The notes under the pieces: model-generated | Database searches by the model: none | The model's input: the letters and a program-made list of their open reading frames with translations, nothing else | What the model was told of the DNA's origin: nothing | In this document: one piece after another, positions 8,606 to 18,174 of the stretch | Layout of the letters: the number at the start of each line of letters is the position of its first letter | Numbering within the stretch: position 1 is the stretch's first letter | NCBI GenBank assembly: GCA_041678605.1 | Contig: JBAYNW010000001.1 | Coordinates: forward strand, 13,947 to 77,946 | Origin: Candidatus Gastranaerophilaceae bacterium | GTDB taxonomy: Bacteria; Cyanobacteriota; Vampirovibrionia; Gastranaerophilales; Gastranaerophilaceae | Direction of reading: 5' to 3' | Length of the DNA stretch: 64,000 bases | Translations under genes and position numbers: made by a program

Positions 8606-9628
8606 ATGAGCAAGAAAAAGATTTTCGCATTATTTATAAGCCTGGCGTTTTTGGGGCTGATTTTTTACAAAATCGATTGGATGAAATTACTCCAAACTTT
8701 TGAGATGTTTGATTTAAAAAAACTGTGGATGATTGTCCCTATCTATATTTCAACGCTTTATTTGCGTGGAATTCGTTGGAAATCTCTGCTTTTGGACAAC
8801 CCTAAATACAGTGCTTACCATTTGGGTGCGGTTTTCACGGTCGGAAGCATGCTCAATATATTTCTGCCCGCAAGAGCCGGCGACGTTTACAGAGCGTACT
8901 ATCTCGGGGAAAATAAGCAAGAAAAAAAAATGAAGCTTTTTGGCTCGATTATTCTGGAGAGGACGCTGGATGGAATTTGCGTATTTTTAATCCTGCTTTT
9001 TGCAATTCTCGCCTACTCAAAACAGCAATGGATAATGAATTTGGCGTACCTGATAGGAATTTTATTTGTAGGAAGTTTTATAATTTTTTACCTGATTTTT
9101 AAATTTAATAAAGTTGATTTTATTTTTGAAAAATTAATTAAATTCAGCTCAAAGCTGCCTGACTTTTTTTCAAAACCGCTTATAAAAATACTTGAAAGTG
9201 CAAATGTCCACACAAACTCATTTATAGAGGGTTTTGAGGTCCTAAACAGCTTAAAATACAGCACTCAGGCTTTTATAATGAGTATAATAATCTGGCTAAT
9301 CGAGTGTTATGTGGTGTTTTTAATCATAAACAGCTTCCACATCAATCTCGGATTTTCGGCGGCACTTTTTGTAATCAGCCTAATCTCGTTTTCCACGATG
9401 ATACCATCAACTTCGGTGTTTTTGGGGCCTTATCAGTACGCATATATTTTGGCTCTGGGGATTTATAATGTCGATAAATCGACCGCACTTGCAATATCAA
9501 CGGTGCATCAAGGAATCTTGATGATAATACTGTCGATAATCGGCGGGTATTATTTGCTAAAGTTTAATTTTTCAATAAAAAATAAGACAGAAAAAAACAT
9601 TATTGACGAGACTATACTGCAGTCGTAA
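8606..9628 (+). CDS. lysylphosphatidylglycerol-synthase-TM-like (UPF0104/flippase-like) integral membrane protein
   Basis: Multi-pass TM protein with RGIRWKSLL and LPARAGDVYRAYYL motifs. ATG at 8606 is preferred over the TTG at 8549. Confidence 0.7.
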   Translation: MSKKKIFALFISLAFLGLIFYKIDWMKLLQTFEMFDLKKLWMIVPIYISTLYLRGIRWKSLLLDNPKYSAYHLGAVFTVGSMLNIFLPARAGDVYRAYYLGENKQEKKMKLFGSIILERTLDGICVFLILLFAILAYSKQQWIMNLAYLIGILFVGSFIIFYLIFKFNKVDFIFEKLIKFSSKLPDFFSKPLIKILESANVHTNSFIEGFEVLNSLKYSTQAFIMSIIIWLIECYVVFLIINSFHINLGFSAALFVISLISFSTMIPSTSVFLGPYQYAYILALGIYNVDKSTALAISTVHQGILMIILSIIGGYYLLKFNFSIKNKTEKNIIDETILQS

Positions 9629-9767
9629 CTTTAATCTTGCCATTGCCTTCCAGAATGATTTCTGTTTCCACGCCGTCGTTGGATATGACAAGTTTTGACT
9701 TATGAACCGTTTTATTATTTTCGTCTACAACATTGAATTCACTGACTTCTTTTATAACCATTGCCAT
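9612..9767 (-). CDS. possible small protein (51 aa)
   Basis: ATG preceded by GAAAGG. The ORF is below the cutoff of the supplied ORF track and has no recognisable domain. Confidence 0.25.
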   Translation of the reverse strand: MAMVIKEVSEFNVVDENNKTVHKSKLVISNDGVETEIILEGNGKIKVTTAV

Positions 9768-9954
9768 AGTTTTGCCTTTCTTTTGCTGTTCTATCTATAT
9801 TTAAGGAGTGTCTATACATATGATAACGCATTTTTAGGAAATTTCAACCCCTTTTTTCATATATGTTGTAAAACATGAACAAGAAAAAAATTGCTAAGGG
9901 TTGAAAAAAATGTTTACATAATTTACAATGAGTTTGTTAAAAAAAGGAGGAGCT

Positions 9955-10245
9955 ATGAACAACGAAGAAAAGAAAGAGAAAATGGAATTTTTGCAGCGGT
10001 TTTTTGCAAAAAGCTTTTTGGTAAGCTTTGTAATTTTGCTTATTGCAAGTTTGCTTTGCATACTTATGCATGACGCCCAGATGGCCATGGTCAACAAATA
10101 CTTCCCGATAGAAGCTGAAGACTTCAACTATCTTGTAATGCTTACTATGGGAATTTGGAAAATCTTAATTATCCAGTTTACACTGGTTCCGGCTCTTGTA
10201 ATCTGGTGCATGAGACATTGCTGCAAATGTAATTGCGGGAAATAG
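9955..10245 (+). CDS. small membrane protein with Cys-rich C-terminus (CMRHCCKCNCGK)
   Basis: Strong RBS AAGGAGG 7 nt upstream of the ATG at 9955. Two or three predicted TM segments. Confidence 0.5.
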   Translation: MNNEEKKEKMEFLQRFFAKSFLVSFVILLIASLLCILMHDAQMAMVNKYFPIEAEDFNYLVMLTMGIWKILIIQFTLVPALVIWCMRHCCKCNCGK

Positions 10246-10250
10246 GCTGA

Positions 10251-10928
10251 CTACCAGAATGCTCTTGGCATGAAGCGTTTGTAAATCCAGACGTCTACAT
10301 TGTCGTAGGTAAAATCAAAATCCGCCATAAGTTTTTCATCAACGCCGATTGCTCTAATCGGTATGTTGAGCTTTTTTGCTGCTTTTTTAACAATTTCATA
10401 ACCTCTGATTATATCTTCTTTGGTGGTTTCGTCGCCGAAATGAGTGTTCGAGATAATCCCTGAAAACTTTTTCCATACCCGCTTTTCAAGTCCCTGACTG
10501 AATTCAAAGTATTCAAGTATATTTTCGACAGAGGATGTTTCATATTTGGAGGCATTTATTACAAGATAAATTTTTAAATCTTTTTCATTTTCAATGTTAT
10601 TGATAATATCAAGAATATCAAGCCCTGATGCCCCGTACCCGACGTCAATAACAATATCGCCTTTAGCACTAAGACAATTCATCTGCAGGGGTGTAACGTA
10701 GCTTCCTGCCTCTCCAAGCCCGAAATAATCAAGCTGGGTTATGACATTAATCCCGTTTTTCTCAAGTTCGCCGGCGAGCGGCCTTAGAGTATAAGCCGGT
10801 TCCACGGTATCTAAATCGACAAGCGTAATTTTTTTATGCTGAAGAGCAAACTGCCTCGCCCTGTTGATTGCTGTTTCTGATTTTCCGCTGGCGTATGCCC
10901 CTGCGTATACTTCGACTGTTCTTGACAT
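10251..10928 (-). CDS. P-loop NTPase (MinD/CooC-like SIMIBI class), function unknown
   Basis: Walker A GAYASGKSE near the N-terminus, then LVDLD. RBS GGAGAGG lies before the ATG at 10928. Confidence 0.6.
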   Translation of the reverse strand: MSRTVEVYAGAYASGKSETAINRARQFALQHKKITLVDLDTVEPAYTLRPLAGELEKNGINVITQLDYFGLGEAGSYVTPLQMNCLSAKGDIVIDVGYGASGLDILDIINNIENEKDLKIYLVINASKYETSSVENILEYFEFSQGLEKRVWKKFSGIISNTHFGDETTKEDIIRGYEIVKKAAKKLNIPIRAIGVDEKLMADFDFTYDNVDVWIYKRFMPRAFW

Positions 10929-11074
10929 GACCTCTCCCTGCAAATTCTATTCAATCATAGCAAAAAAATAACATTTTTAACATAGTTATTCCCATTTTAC
11001 TATGTTTTTGGTAGAATTAATTAGCGATGTAGGGTGGGATTGCTATCCCGCCAATAAGACATAGAAAGAAAACA

Positions 11075-12850
11075 ATGATTAAAACAAAGTACAAAACAAG
11101 CAATTGCGGGGTATTAAACCTCAATAACTTAAACGAAGAATTTACGCTTTCGGGCTGGGCATCCTGCATCAGAGATTTGGGCGGAATTATTTTTGTGGAA
11201 TTAAGAGACAGAAGCGGCTTTTTTCAATTGGTTTCAGATCCGCAGGTTAACCCGCAGGTTCACAAAACTTTTGAAAAATTAAAAACAGAATTTGTTGTTA
11301 CGGTCAGGGGCAAAATCACCCGACGTCCCGAAGAAACTTACAACGAAAAACACGCCACCGGTCAGGTCGAAATGTATCCCGAGTTTATTGAAATCCTTTC
11401 CGAGGCTAAGGTTTTACCATTCGCACTTGAAGATGATAATGTATCGGAAGATATAAGGTTAAAATACCGTTATCTTGATATAAGACGCGAAAAGACTTTG
11501 AACAACCTGATTTTGCGTCATAAAATTGTTACCGCTGCGAGAAATTACTTGAACAAACAGGACTTTTTAGAGGTGGAAACACCGATTTTAATCAATACGA
11601 CACCTGAAGGGGCAAGAGATTATTTGGTTCCTTCAAGGGTTCAGGAGGGCAAATTTTATGCACTTCCGCAGTCACCTCAAATTTTCAAACAACTGCTGAT
11701 GGTGGGAGGAATCGAAAAATACTACCAAATCGCAAAATGCTTTAGGGATGAGGATTTGAGAGCTGACAGGCAGCCTGAATTCACTCAAATCGATCTGGAA
11801 ATGTCTTTTGTCGAACAGCAGGATGTAATCGAGCTTGTCGAAGGGCTTTTGGTTGATACTTTTAAGGAAGCAGGTGTTGAGATTAAGCCTCCGTTTATCC
11901 AAATGACTTACAAAGAGGCAATGGAGCGTTTTGGCTCGGACAAGCCCGACACACGTTTTGGACTGGAACTTTTTGACGTAACCGACATTATGCAAGCCTC
12001 GACTTTTGAGGCGTTCAAAGGCGTAATCGCCAACGGCGGGACAGTTAGAGCGATTAAAATTCCCGGAATTGCAAATTACTCAAGAAAAGATATGGACGAC
12101 GTAAGAAATTTAGCGATTTCTTTCGGTGCAAAAGGGCTTGCGTGGGTGACTTATATGGAAACAGGCGAAGTAAAATCACCTGTATTCAAGTTCTTAACGG
12201 AAGAGCAGATTGCCGAATTGCAGACACGCTCAGGTGCCGTCAAAGGCGATATCGTTTTCTTTGTGGCAGACAAACCGAACGTAGTTTTTGATGTTCTGGG
12301 AAGATTTAGGTTACATTTTGGTAAAAAGCTTGAAATGATTGACGAGAGTAGGCACAATTTACTCTGGATTGTTGATTTTCCTATGTTTGAATACTCTGAA
12401 GAAGAGCAAAGATATATGGCGAAACACCATCCGTTCACGTCACCTAATTTGGAAGATATTGACAAAATGGAAACAGACCCTGCAAACTGCCGTTCAATCG
12501 CCTATGATATAATTTACAACGGGGCAGAGCTGGGTGGCGGAAGCGTCAGAATTCACTCAAGCGAAGTACAGGAACGTGTATTTAAGGCGTTAGGATTTTC
12601 ACAGGAGGAAGTCCAAAAGAAATTCGGATTTATGGTAAATGCTTTCAAATACGGAACACCTCCTCATGCCGGTCTGGCAATCGGCTTGGACAGGCTTGTG
12701 GCACTTCTGGCAAGAACAGAGTCCATTCGTGACGTGATTGCGTTCCCTAAAAATTCAAGTGCCAAGTGTCTTATGACAGACGCACCCGCGGAAGCTTCCT
12801 TGCTTCAGATGAGAGAATTGCACCTGAAAAGCACTGTGACAAAACGTTGA
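11075..12850 (+). CDS. aspS: aspartate--tRNA ligase
   Basis: Motifs GWASCIRDLGG.IFVELRDRSG, FRDEDLRADRQPEFTQIDLEMSF, GGGSVRIH and GLAIGLDRLV. Confidence 0.95.
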   Translation: MIKTKYKTSNCGVLNLNNLNEEFTLSGWASCIRDLGGIIFVELRDRSGFFQLVSDPQVNPQVHKTFEKLKTEFVVTVRGKITRRPEETYNEKHATGQVEMYPEFIEILSEAKVLPFALEDDNVSEDIRLKYRYLDIRREKTLNNLILRHKIVTAARNYLNKQDFLEVETPILINTTPEGARDYLVPSRVQEGKFYALPQSPQIFKQLLMVGGIEKYYQIAKCFRDEDLRADRQPEFTQIDLEMSFVEQQDVIELVEGLLVDTFKEAGVEIKPPFIQMTYKEAMERFGSDKPDTRFGLELFDVTDIMQASTFEAFKGVIANGGTVRAIKIPGIANYSRKDMDDVRNLAISFGAKGLAWVTYMETGEVKSPVFKFLTEEQIAELQTRSGAVKGDIVFFVADKPNVVFDVLGRFRLHFGKKLEMIDESRHNLLWIVDFPMFEYSEEEQRYMAKHHPFTSPNLEDIDKMETDPANCRSIAYDIIYNGAELGGGSVRIHSSEVQERVFKALGFSQEEVQKKFGFMVNAFKYGTPPHAGLAIGLDRLVALLARTESIRDVIAFPKNSSAKCLMTDAPAEASLLQMRELHLKSTVTKR

Positions 12851-12854
12851 TTGG

Positions 12855-13084
12855 GGGTAAATGGGAAAGGGAAACAGGAAAAGGTGGAAACGGTGAGACG
12901 TGAGAGGTGAGACGTGAGAAGAGAAACGGGAAACGGGAAAGGAAATTGGGAATTGGGAATTGGGAATTGGTAATTGAACCGTTCGACCATTCAACCATTC
13001 AACCATTCAGCCTTTAAGCCTTTCGACTTATCAACTCCCTTAATCACTTCGTAAAAAGCCTTTCAACTGTTCAACCTTTCAACC
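12855..13084. repeat. composite heptanucleotide (STRR-like) repeat array, forward orientation
   Basis: Successive tandem 7-mers GTGAGAC/GTGAGAG, GAAACGG, GGGAATT/GGTAATT, TTCAACC/TTCGACC, CTTAAGC and CTTATCA, then CTTAATCACTTCGTAAAAAGCC. Confidence 0.9.
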
Positions 13085-13090
13085 AAGATT

Positions 13091-13990
13091 ATGCAAGTAT
13101 TCAATGAAATAAATAAAAATAAAGGATTTTCTTTGGCGTTTGGATTTTTCGACGGGGTACATATCGGACATCAAGCGGTAATTAAGAGTGCTGTGAATTA
13201 CGCAAAAAAAAATGGCTGTAAATCAGCTATAATAACATTTCAAGACCATCCTTGCTGTTTTTTCTACCACGTTAAGCCAAAATACCTTATAAGAAAGCAC
13301 GACAAAATTAAATTTTTTGAAGATTTGGGCGTGGATTACCTCTATTTTCTTAAGTTTGACGAATATTTGGCGATGATGGACGCTTCCGAATATTTAAAAG
13401 ACGTTATCATAAAAAACTTTGCCCCGTCGGCTATTTCAACGGGGTTTAACTATTTTTTCGGAGCAAAAAAATCAGGAGATGTTAATTATCTAAAAAAGAT
13501 GCAGGAAGAATTAAATTACAAATATTTTGAAACTCCGCCTGTTCTCTACGATTCTGAGATTGTGAGCAGTACAAGAATTCGTGAGGATTTAACTTTGGGC
13601 AACGTGGAACTTGTAAATTCCATGCTGGGGTATGAATATTTTTTGGAAGAAACCGTTATTGAAGGCGAAAAACTCGGCGGTGAATTGGGATTCAAAACAG
13701 CTAACCTCGTTTACCCTGACAATCTTGTTGAAATCGGCCGCGGAGTTTACAAAGTCAGAGCAGAATATAACGGTAAAAGTTTTGATGCAATAGCCAATTA
13801 CGGAATTCGCCCGACCATCGGGAATAAAGAAACTCCGATTTTGGAAGTTCATATTCTAAATTTCGACAAAAATATTTACGGTGAAAAAATCAAAGTCACA
13901 TTCCTAAAAAAAATCAGAGATGAGAAGAAATTCCATTCGCTTGACGAATTAAAAGAACAAATAAGACAAGATATTAGCTCAACAAAGTAG
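13091..13990 (+). CDS. ribF: bifunctional riboflavin kinase / FAD synthetase
   Basis: FGFFDGVHIGHQ, SSTRIR and GFKTANL motifs; about 300 aa. Confidence 0.9.
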   Translation: MQVFNEINKNKGFSLAFGFFDGVHIGHQAVIKSAVNYAKKNGCKSAIITFQDHPCCFFYHVKPKYLIRKHDKIKFFEDLGVDYLYFLKFDEYLAMMDASEYLKDVIIKNFAPSAISTGFNYFFGAKKSGDVNYLKKMQEELNYKYFETPPVLYDSEIVSSTRIREDLTLGNVELVNSMLGYEYFLEETVIEGEKLGGELGFKTANLVYPDNLVEIGRGVYKVRAEYNGKSFDAIANYGIRPTIGNKETPILEVHILNFDKNIYGEKIKVTFLKKIRDEKKFHSLDELKEQIRQDISSTK

Positions 13991-14026
13991 GTGGGCCGTC
14001 AAGCCCAAACAATATAGGGTAAAAAA

Positions 14027-14998
14027 ATGAAAGTCGTCATACTCGGTTCAGGTCAAATGTTAACAAATTTAATCGCAGGGTGCATGGATGCAGGCTGCAA
14101 CATTGTTGGCGTTTTCAGGTATGAGAGGGTCAGATACCCACTAATAGACAGGCTTATTATTGATATCCTTAACCCGAGTAAAGAATACAACTACATAAAA
14201 GGCCACAAGTTATATGAAATCAAGGCACGGAGTGCAAATTCGGCAGAATTTAAAAAGGAAATCCTAAGGTTGAATGCCGATTTGATTTTGGTCGGAACCT
14301 GGGGAGAAAAAATTAAAAAAAGCATAATAGATTTGCCAAAATTTGCCACAATAAACGTTCATCCTGCACTTTTGCCCAAATATCGCGGGCCAAACCCTTA
14401 TCTGCAATCAATAAAACATCTGGAAAAAGAATCCGGCGTTACATTTCATCTTATGGATGAAAATTTCGACACAGGTGCAATTTTGCTCCAAAAAATCGTT
14501 AAAATCGAACCGGCCGATACAGGAAAAGAATTACGTGATAAAACGGCAACCGCCGCCAGAGAAGGTGTTTGCGAGCTTATTAACAACCTTGATACAGAAA
14601 TTATAATTCCAATCCCTCAAGATGAAAAACATTCAAGTTATTTCCCTCAAATAACAGAAAACGACGTTATGCTTGATTTTTCCAAGTCGGCAGAGGAAGT
14701 TTCAGCTCATATCAGGGGGTTTCACCCATGGTATAAATGTTATTTTGCCTATAATAAGCAGTTTTTCACCCCAAATCCTTATGAATTGGAAATAATATCG
14801 AAATCTTCTCATGTCTCGCATCTCACCTCTCACTCAGCCATTGTCGCAAAATCTGCAAAAGACAATTCAATAACCGTCTTATGTGGGGACGGGAAGCTTT
14901 TAAAAATGAATGACGTAAGATTATACGGGTTCTTAAACCGATTTTTCACCAAATTTTACATAAGGCACATAGTAAAAAACTCAAGCAAGGTCTGTTAA
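14027..14998 (+). CDS. formyltransferase family protein (Fmt-like)
   Basis: INVHPALLPKYRGPNPY and HLMDENFDTGAIL motifs. It lacks the typical Fmt N-terminal TQPD motif, so it is named only at family level. Confidence 0.7.
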   Translation: MKVVILGSGQMLTNLIAGCMDAGCNIVGVFRYERVRYPLIDRLIIDILNPSKEYNYIKGHKLYEIKARSANSAEFKKEILRLNADLILVGTWGEKIKKSIIDLPKFATINVHPALLPKYRGPNPYLQSIKHLEKESGVTFHLMDENFDTGAILLQKIVKIEPADTGKELRDKTATAAREGVCELINNLDTEIIIPIPQDEKHSSYFPQITENDVMLDFSKSAEEVSAHIRGFHPWYKCYFAYNKQFFTPNPYELEIISKSSHVSHLTSHSAIVAKSAKDNSITVLCGDGKLLKMNDVRLYGFLNRFFTKFYIRHIVKNSSKVC

Positions 14999-16588
14999 AT
15001 CAGGAATATTCGCCTTTGCTTTAATTTCTTTTACTTTATTTGCCATCTTAATTTTTTTATTTTCCAATTCTCTTTGTTTTCTGTAGCCGTAAACAACATA
15101 AATAAGCAGTCCTATCAGCAGCCAGAGCGGGAAAAGAAGCGAAGATGTTTTAAGCCTTCCCATTGAATAAATCATAAGTCCGCTGCAGGTCAATATTCCC
15201 AATATCGGGAAAAGCGGTGAAAACGGCACCCTAAATGGTCTGTGTCTGTCAGGGTCGGTTTTTCTCAAGACCAAAATGGCCGCACAAACAATTATAAACG
15301 AAGTAAATGTTCCGAAATTGCAAAGTTCTGCGGAAATATTTATATCCATAAATAATGACCCGACAATGACTATAAGCCCTGCGAGCCATGTTAAAATATG
15401 CGGGGTTCTGAATTTCCTGTGAATTTGTTTCATTGATTTAGGCAAAAATCCGTCCCTGCTCATTGCATAGAGAATTCTGGTTGTACCCAATTGATAAATC
15501 AGCAAAACAGAAGTCAGACCCGCCAATGCCCCGACCGAGATAAAGCCCGCAAGCCTGTTTTGGCCTACTACTCTCATCGCATGAGCAATCGGGGCTTGAA
15601 AATCTATCTGGCTGTAAGGCATCATTCCTGTTAAAACCAGTGCCACAACAATGTAGAGAATTGTGCAGATAACCAGAGTTCCGATAATCCCTATAGGCAA
15701 ATCTCTTTGAGGGTTTTTTGTTTCCTCCGCAGTGGTCGAAATTGCATCAAAACCTATGTAGGCAAAGAAAATTAAAAATGCACCCATAAATATACCATCA
15801 AATCCGTTAGGGGCGAAAGGAACCCAGTTTTCGGGTTTTACATAAAATATTCCGACCGCAACGAAAGAGAAAATTATCAAAAGGTTTATTGCAACCATAA
15901 CGCCTGCAAGTCTTGTTGATTCCTTAACCCCTCTCACCAAAATCGCTGTTATAAATATTACAATCAATATGGCGGGGATATTTACTGAAATCGGGATACC
16001 CAAAATGTGCGGAATAACAATATTCGGGTCTAAATGTTCTCTTTGGCAGATAATTGTCGCCGAACGGTAATCATTTATAAGCCATATAGGCGGATTTACC
16101 ACCCATGAAGGCAAGATGTGCGAAAAACCTTTGAGCAGCTGAAATAAATACCCCGTCCATGCACTTGCAACGGTAATATTTCCGATAGCATATTCAAGCA
16201 TCAAAATCCAGCCGACCATCCATGCCATAAATTCACCCATGGTTGCAAAAGTATATGTGTAAGCACTTCCGGCAACAGGAATCATTGACGCAAATTCAGA
16301 GTAACAGAGTGCCGCAAACACACAGGCAACAGCGGCAAAAATCATTGAAATAACAAGTGCCGGACCGGCACCTACGCCCTCAGGTCCTCCTTGAGCGGCT
16401 ATGCCGACGATAGTAAAAATTCCCGTCCCGACAACAGCACCAATTCCCAAAATTATTAAATCCCAAACAGTTAGGGTTTTGCTCAACTCAGATTTTTGTC
16501 CTTCTGCAATTAATTCATCAGGGCTTTTTATTTTAAACAATTTTGAGGATAAATCCTTCAGCTTAATTAATAACGGGTTGTTGTTCAT
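14981..16588 (-). CDS. APC-superfamily amino acid permease (CAT-like)
   Basis: About 12-14 TM segments. Motifs GAVVGTGIF and FFAYIGFDAISTTAEETKNPQRDLP. Confidence 0.85.
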   Translation of the reverse strand: MNNNPLLIKLKDLSSKLFKIKSPDELIAEGQKSELSKTLTVWDLIILGIGAVVGTGIFTIVGIAAQGGPEGVGAGPALVISMIFAAVACVFAALCYSEFASMIPVAGSAYTYTFATMGEFMAWMVGWILMLEYAIGNITVASAWTGYLFQLLKGFSHILPSWVVNPPIWLINDYRSATIICQREHLDPNIVIPHILGIPISVNIPAILIVIFITAILVRGVKESTRLAGVMVAINLLIIFSFVAVGIFYVKPENWVPFAPNGFDGIFMGAFLIFFAYIGFDAISTTAEETKNPQRDLPIGIIGTLVICTILYIVVALVLTGMMPYSQIDFQAPIAHAMRVVGQNRLAGFISVGALAGLTSVLLIYQLGTTRILYAMSRDGFLPKSMKQIHRKFRTPHILTWLAGLIVIVGSLFMDINISAELCNFGTFTSFIIVCAAILVLRKTDPDRHRPFRVPFSPLFPILGILTCSGLMIYSMGRLKTSSLLFPLWLLIGLLIYVVYGYRKQRELENKKIKMANKVKEIKAKANIPDLTDLA

Positions 16589-18170
16589 GAATACCTATTT
16601 CTTTTTCTTTTTCAAGTTTGGTCATTTCGGCTTTTCTATTCTTTTTGTAGCCATAGTGAAAATATATTAATGCCCCGAGTCCAATCCAAATTGGGAATAA
16701 AATGGCCGACGTAGTTAAAAACTGCATTGAATAAAGCATTAACCCGCCGCAGCAAACTATCCCGAGGATAGGAAAGAGTGGCGAAAACGGCACTCTGAAA
16801 GGCCTATGTCTATCAGGGTCAGTCTTCCTGAGAATCAAAACTGCCACACAAACAATTATAAACGAAGCAAATGTTCCAAAGTTGCATAACTCTGCCGCAA
16901 CATTCAAATCCAGTGTCAAAACCCCGATTATACAAATAATTCCGACAACCCATGTCAAAATATGCGGGGTGTGAAATTTTGGATGAAGTTTTTGAAGCCT
17001 TTTAGGAAGAAAATTATCTCTGCTCATAGCATACAAAATTCTCGTCGCAGCCAACTGCAAAACCAAAAGAACAGAGGTCAGACCGGCCAAAGAGCCTATT
17101 GAGATAAGCCCCGCTGCCCAGTTTTGTCCGGCAACATCCATAACGTAAGCCAAAGGTGCTTTCAAAAATCCGGCTGGAATAATTCCCCCGCTTGTTGACT
17201 GCATCCCGGTGAGAACCAGTGCAACCAGAACATAAACGATTGTCGTAACAACCAGCGAACCAATAATCCCTATCGGCAAATCTTTTTGAGGGTTTTTACA
17301 TTCTTCGGCAGTGGTTGAAAGTGCATCAAAACCTATGTATGCAAAGAAAATTATAAACGCACCCATAAACACGCCCTGAAATCCGTTAGGGGCGAAAGGT
17401 GCCCAGTTTCCGGGTTTCACGAAAAACGCTCCGACAACTACAAACAAGGCAATTACGGCAAGCTTTATAATAACCATAAATCCCGCCATTTTGGTAGAAT
17501 CTTTGGTCCCTTTAATTAAAATCATTGTGATTGCAAGAACAATAAAAATTGCAGGCAAATTGACACAAAATTGAATACCATGAAAGGAAGGAATAACAGT
17601 ACTCGGGTCCAAACCGCTATCAGTTAAGGTTTTTGTCGCCGTTCTCAAATCATTTACCAGCCAAACAGGCGGATTTGAAGCCCAATGGGGAAGAAAATGT
17701 TCAAACCCTTTTAAAAGCTGAATTAAATTATTTGACCATGCACAAGCTACCGCAATATATCCGATAGCGTATTCAAGCATTAGTATCCACCCAATCATCC
17801 ATGCGGCGAATTCGCCCAAAGTTGCGAAAGTATAGGTGTAAGCCCCGCCTGCAACAGGAATCATTGCCGCAAATTCCGAATAACAAAGTGCTGAAAATAC
17901 ACACACAAAAGCGGCTACAACCATTGAAACCATAAGAGCAGGTCCTGCTCCAACACTTTCAGGCCCGCCGGCGGCGGCAATTCCGACAACAGCAAAAATT
18001 CCGGAGCCTATAATGGCACCAATTCCAAGGATTATTAAATCCCATACGCCCAACGTTTTTTCAAGCCCTTCTTTTTTGGCATCGGCAAGCATATCATCGG
18101 GGTTTTTTGTCTTGACTAAATTTCTCAAAAATTGTTTTGATAAATTAGCTCTATGTGCATTTTTTGTCAT
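16563..18170 (-). CDS. APC-superfamily amino acid permease, tandem paralog
   Basis: Same length (535 aa) and collinear with ORF 14981-16588. FFAYIGFDALSTTAEECKNPQKDLP. Confidence 0.85.
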   Translation of the reverse strand: MTKNAHRANLSKQFLRNLVKTKNPDDMLADAKKEGLEKTLGVWDLIILGIGAIIGSGIFAVVGIAAAGGPESVGAGPALMVSMVVAAFVCVFSALCYSEFAAMIPVAGGAYTYTFATLGEFAAWMIGWILMLEYAIGYIAVACAWSNNLIQLLKGFEHFLPHWASNPPVWLVNDLRTATKTLTDSGLDPSTVIPSFHGIQFCVNLPAIFIVLAITMILIKGTKDSTKMAGFMVIIKLAVIALFVVVGAFFVKPGNWAPFAPNGFQGVFMGAFIIFFAYIGFDALSTTAEECKNPQKDLPIGIIGSLVVTTIVYVLVALVLTGMQSTSGGIIPAGFLKAPLAYVMDVAGQNWAAGLISIGSLAGLTSVLLVLQLAATRILYAMSRDNFLPKRLQKLHPKFHTPHILTWVVGIICIIGVLTLDLNVAAELCNFGTFASFIIVCVAVLILRKTDPDRHRPFRVPFSPLFPILGIVCCGGLMLYSMQFLTTSAILFPIWIGLGALIYFHYGYKKNRKAEMTKLEKEKEIGIHEQQPVIN

Positions 18171-18174
18171 CTGG

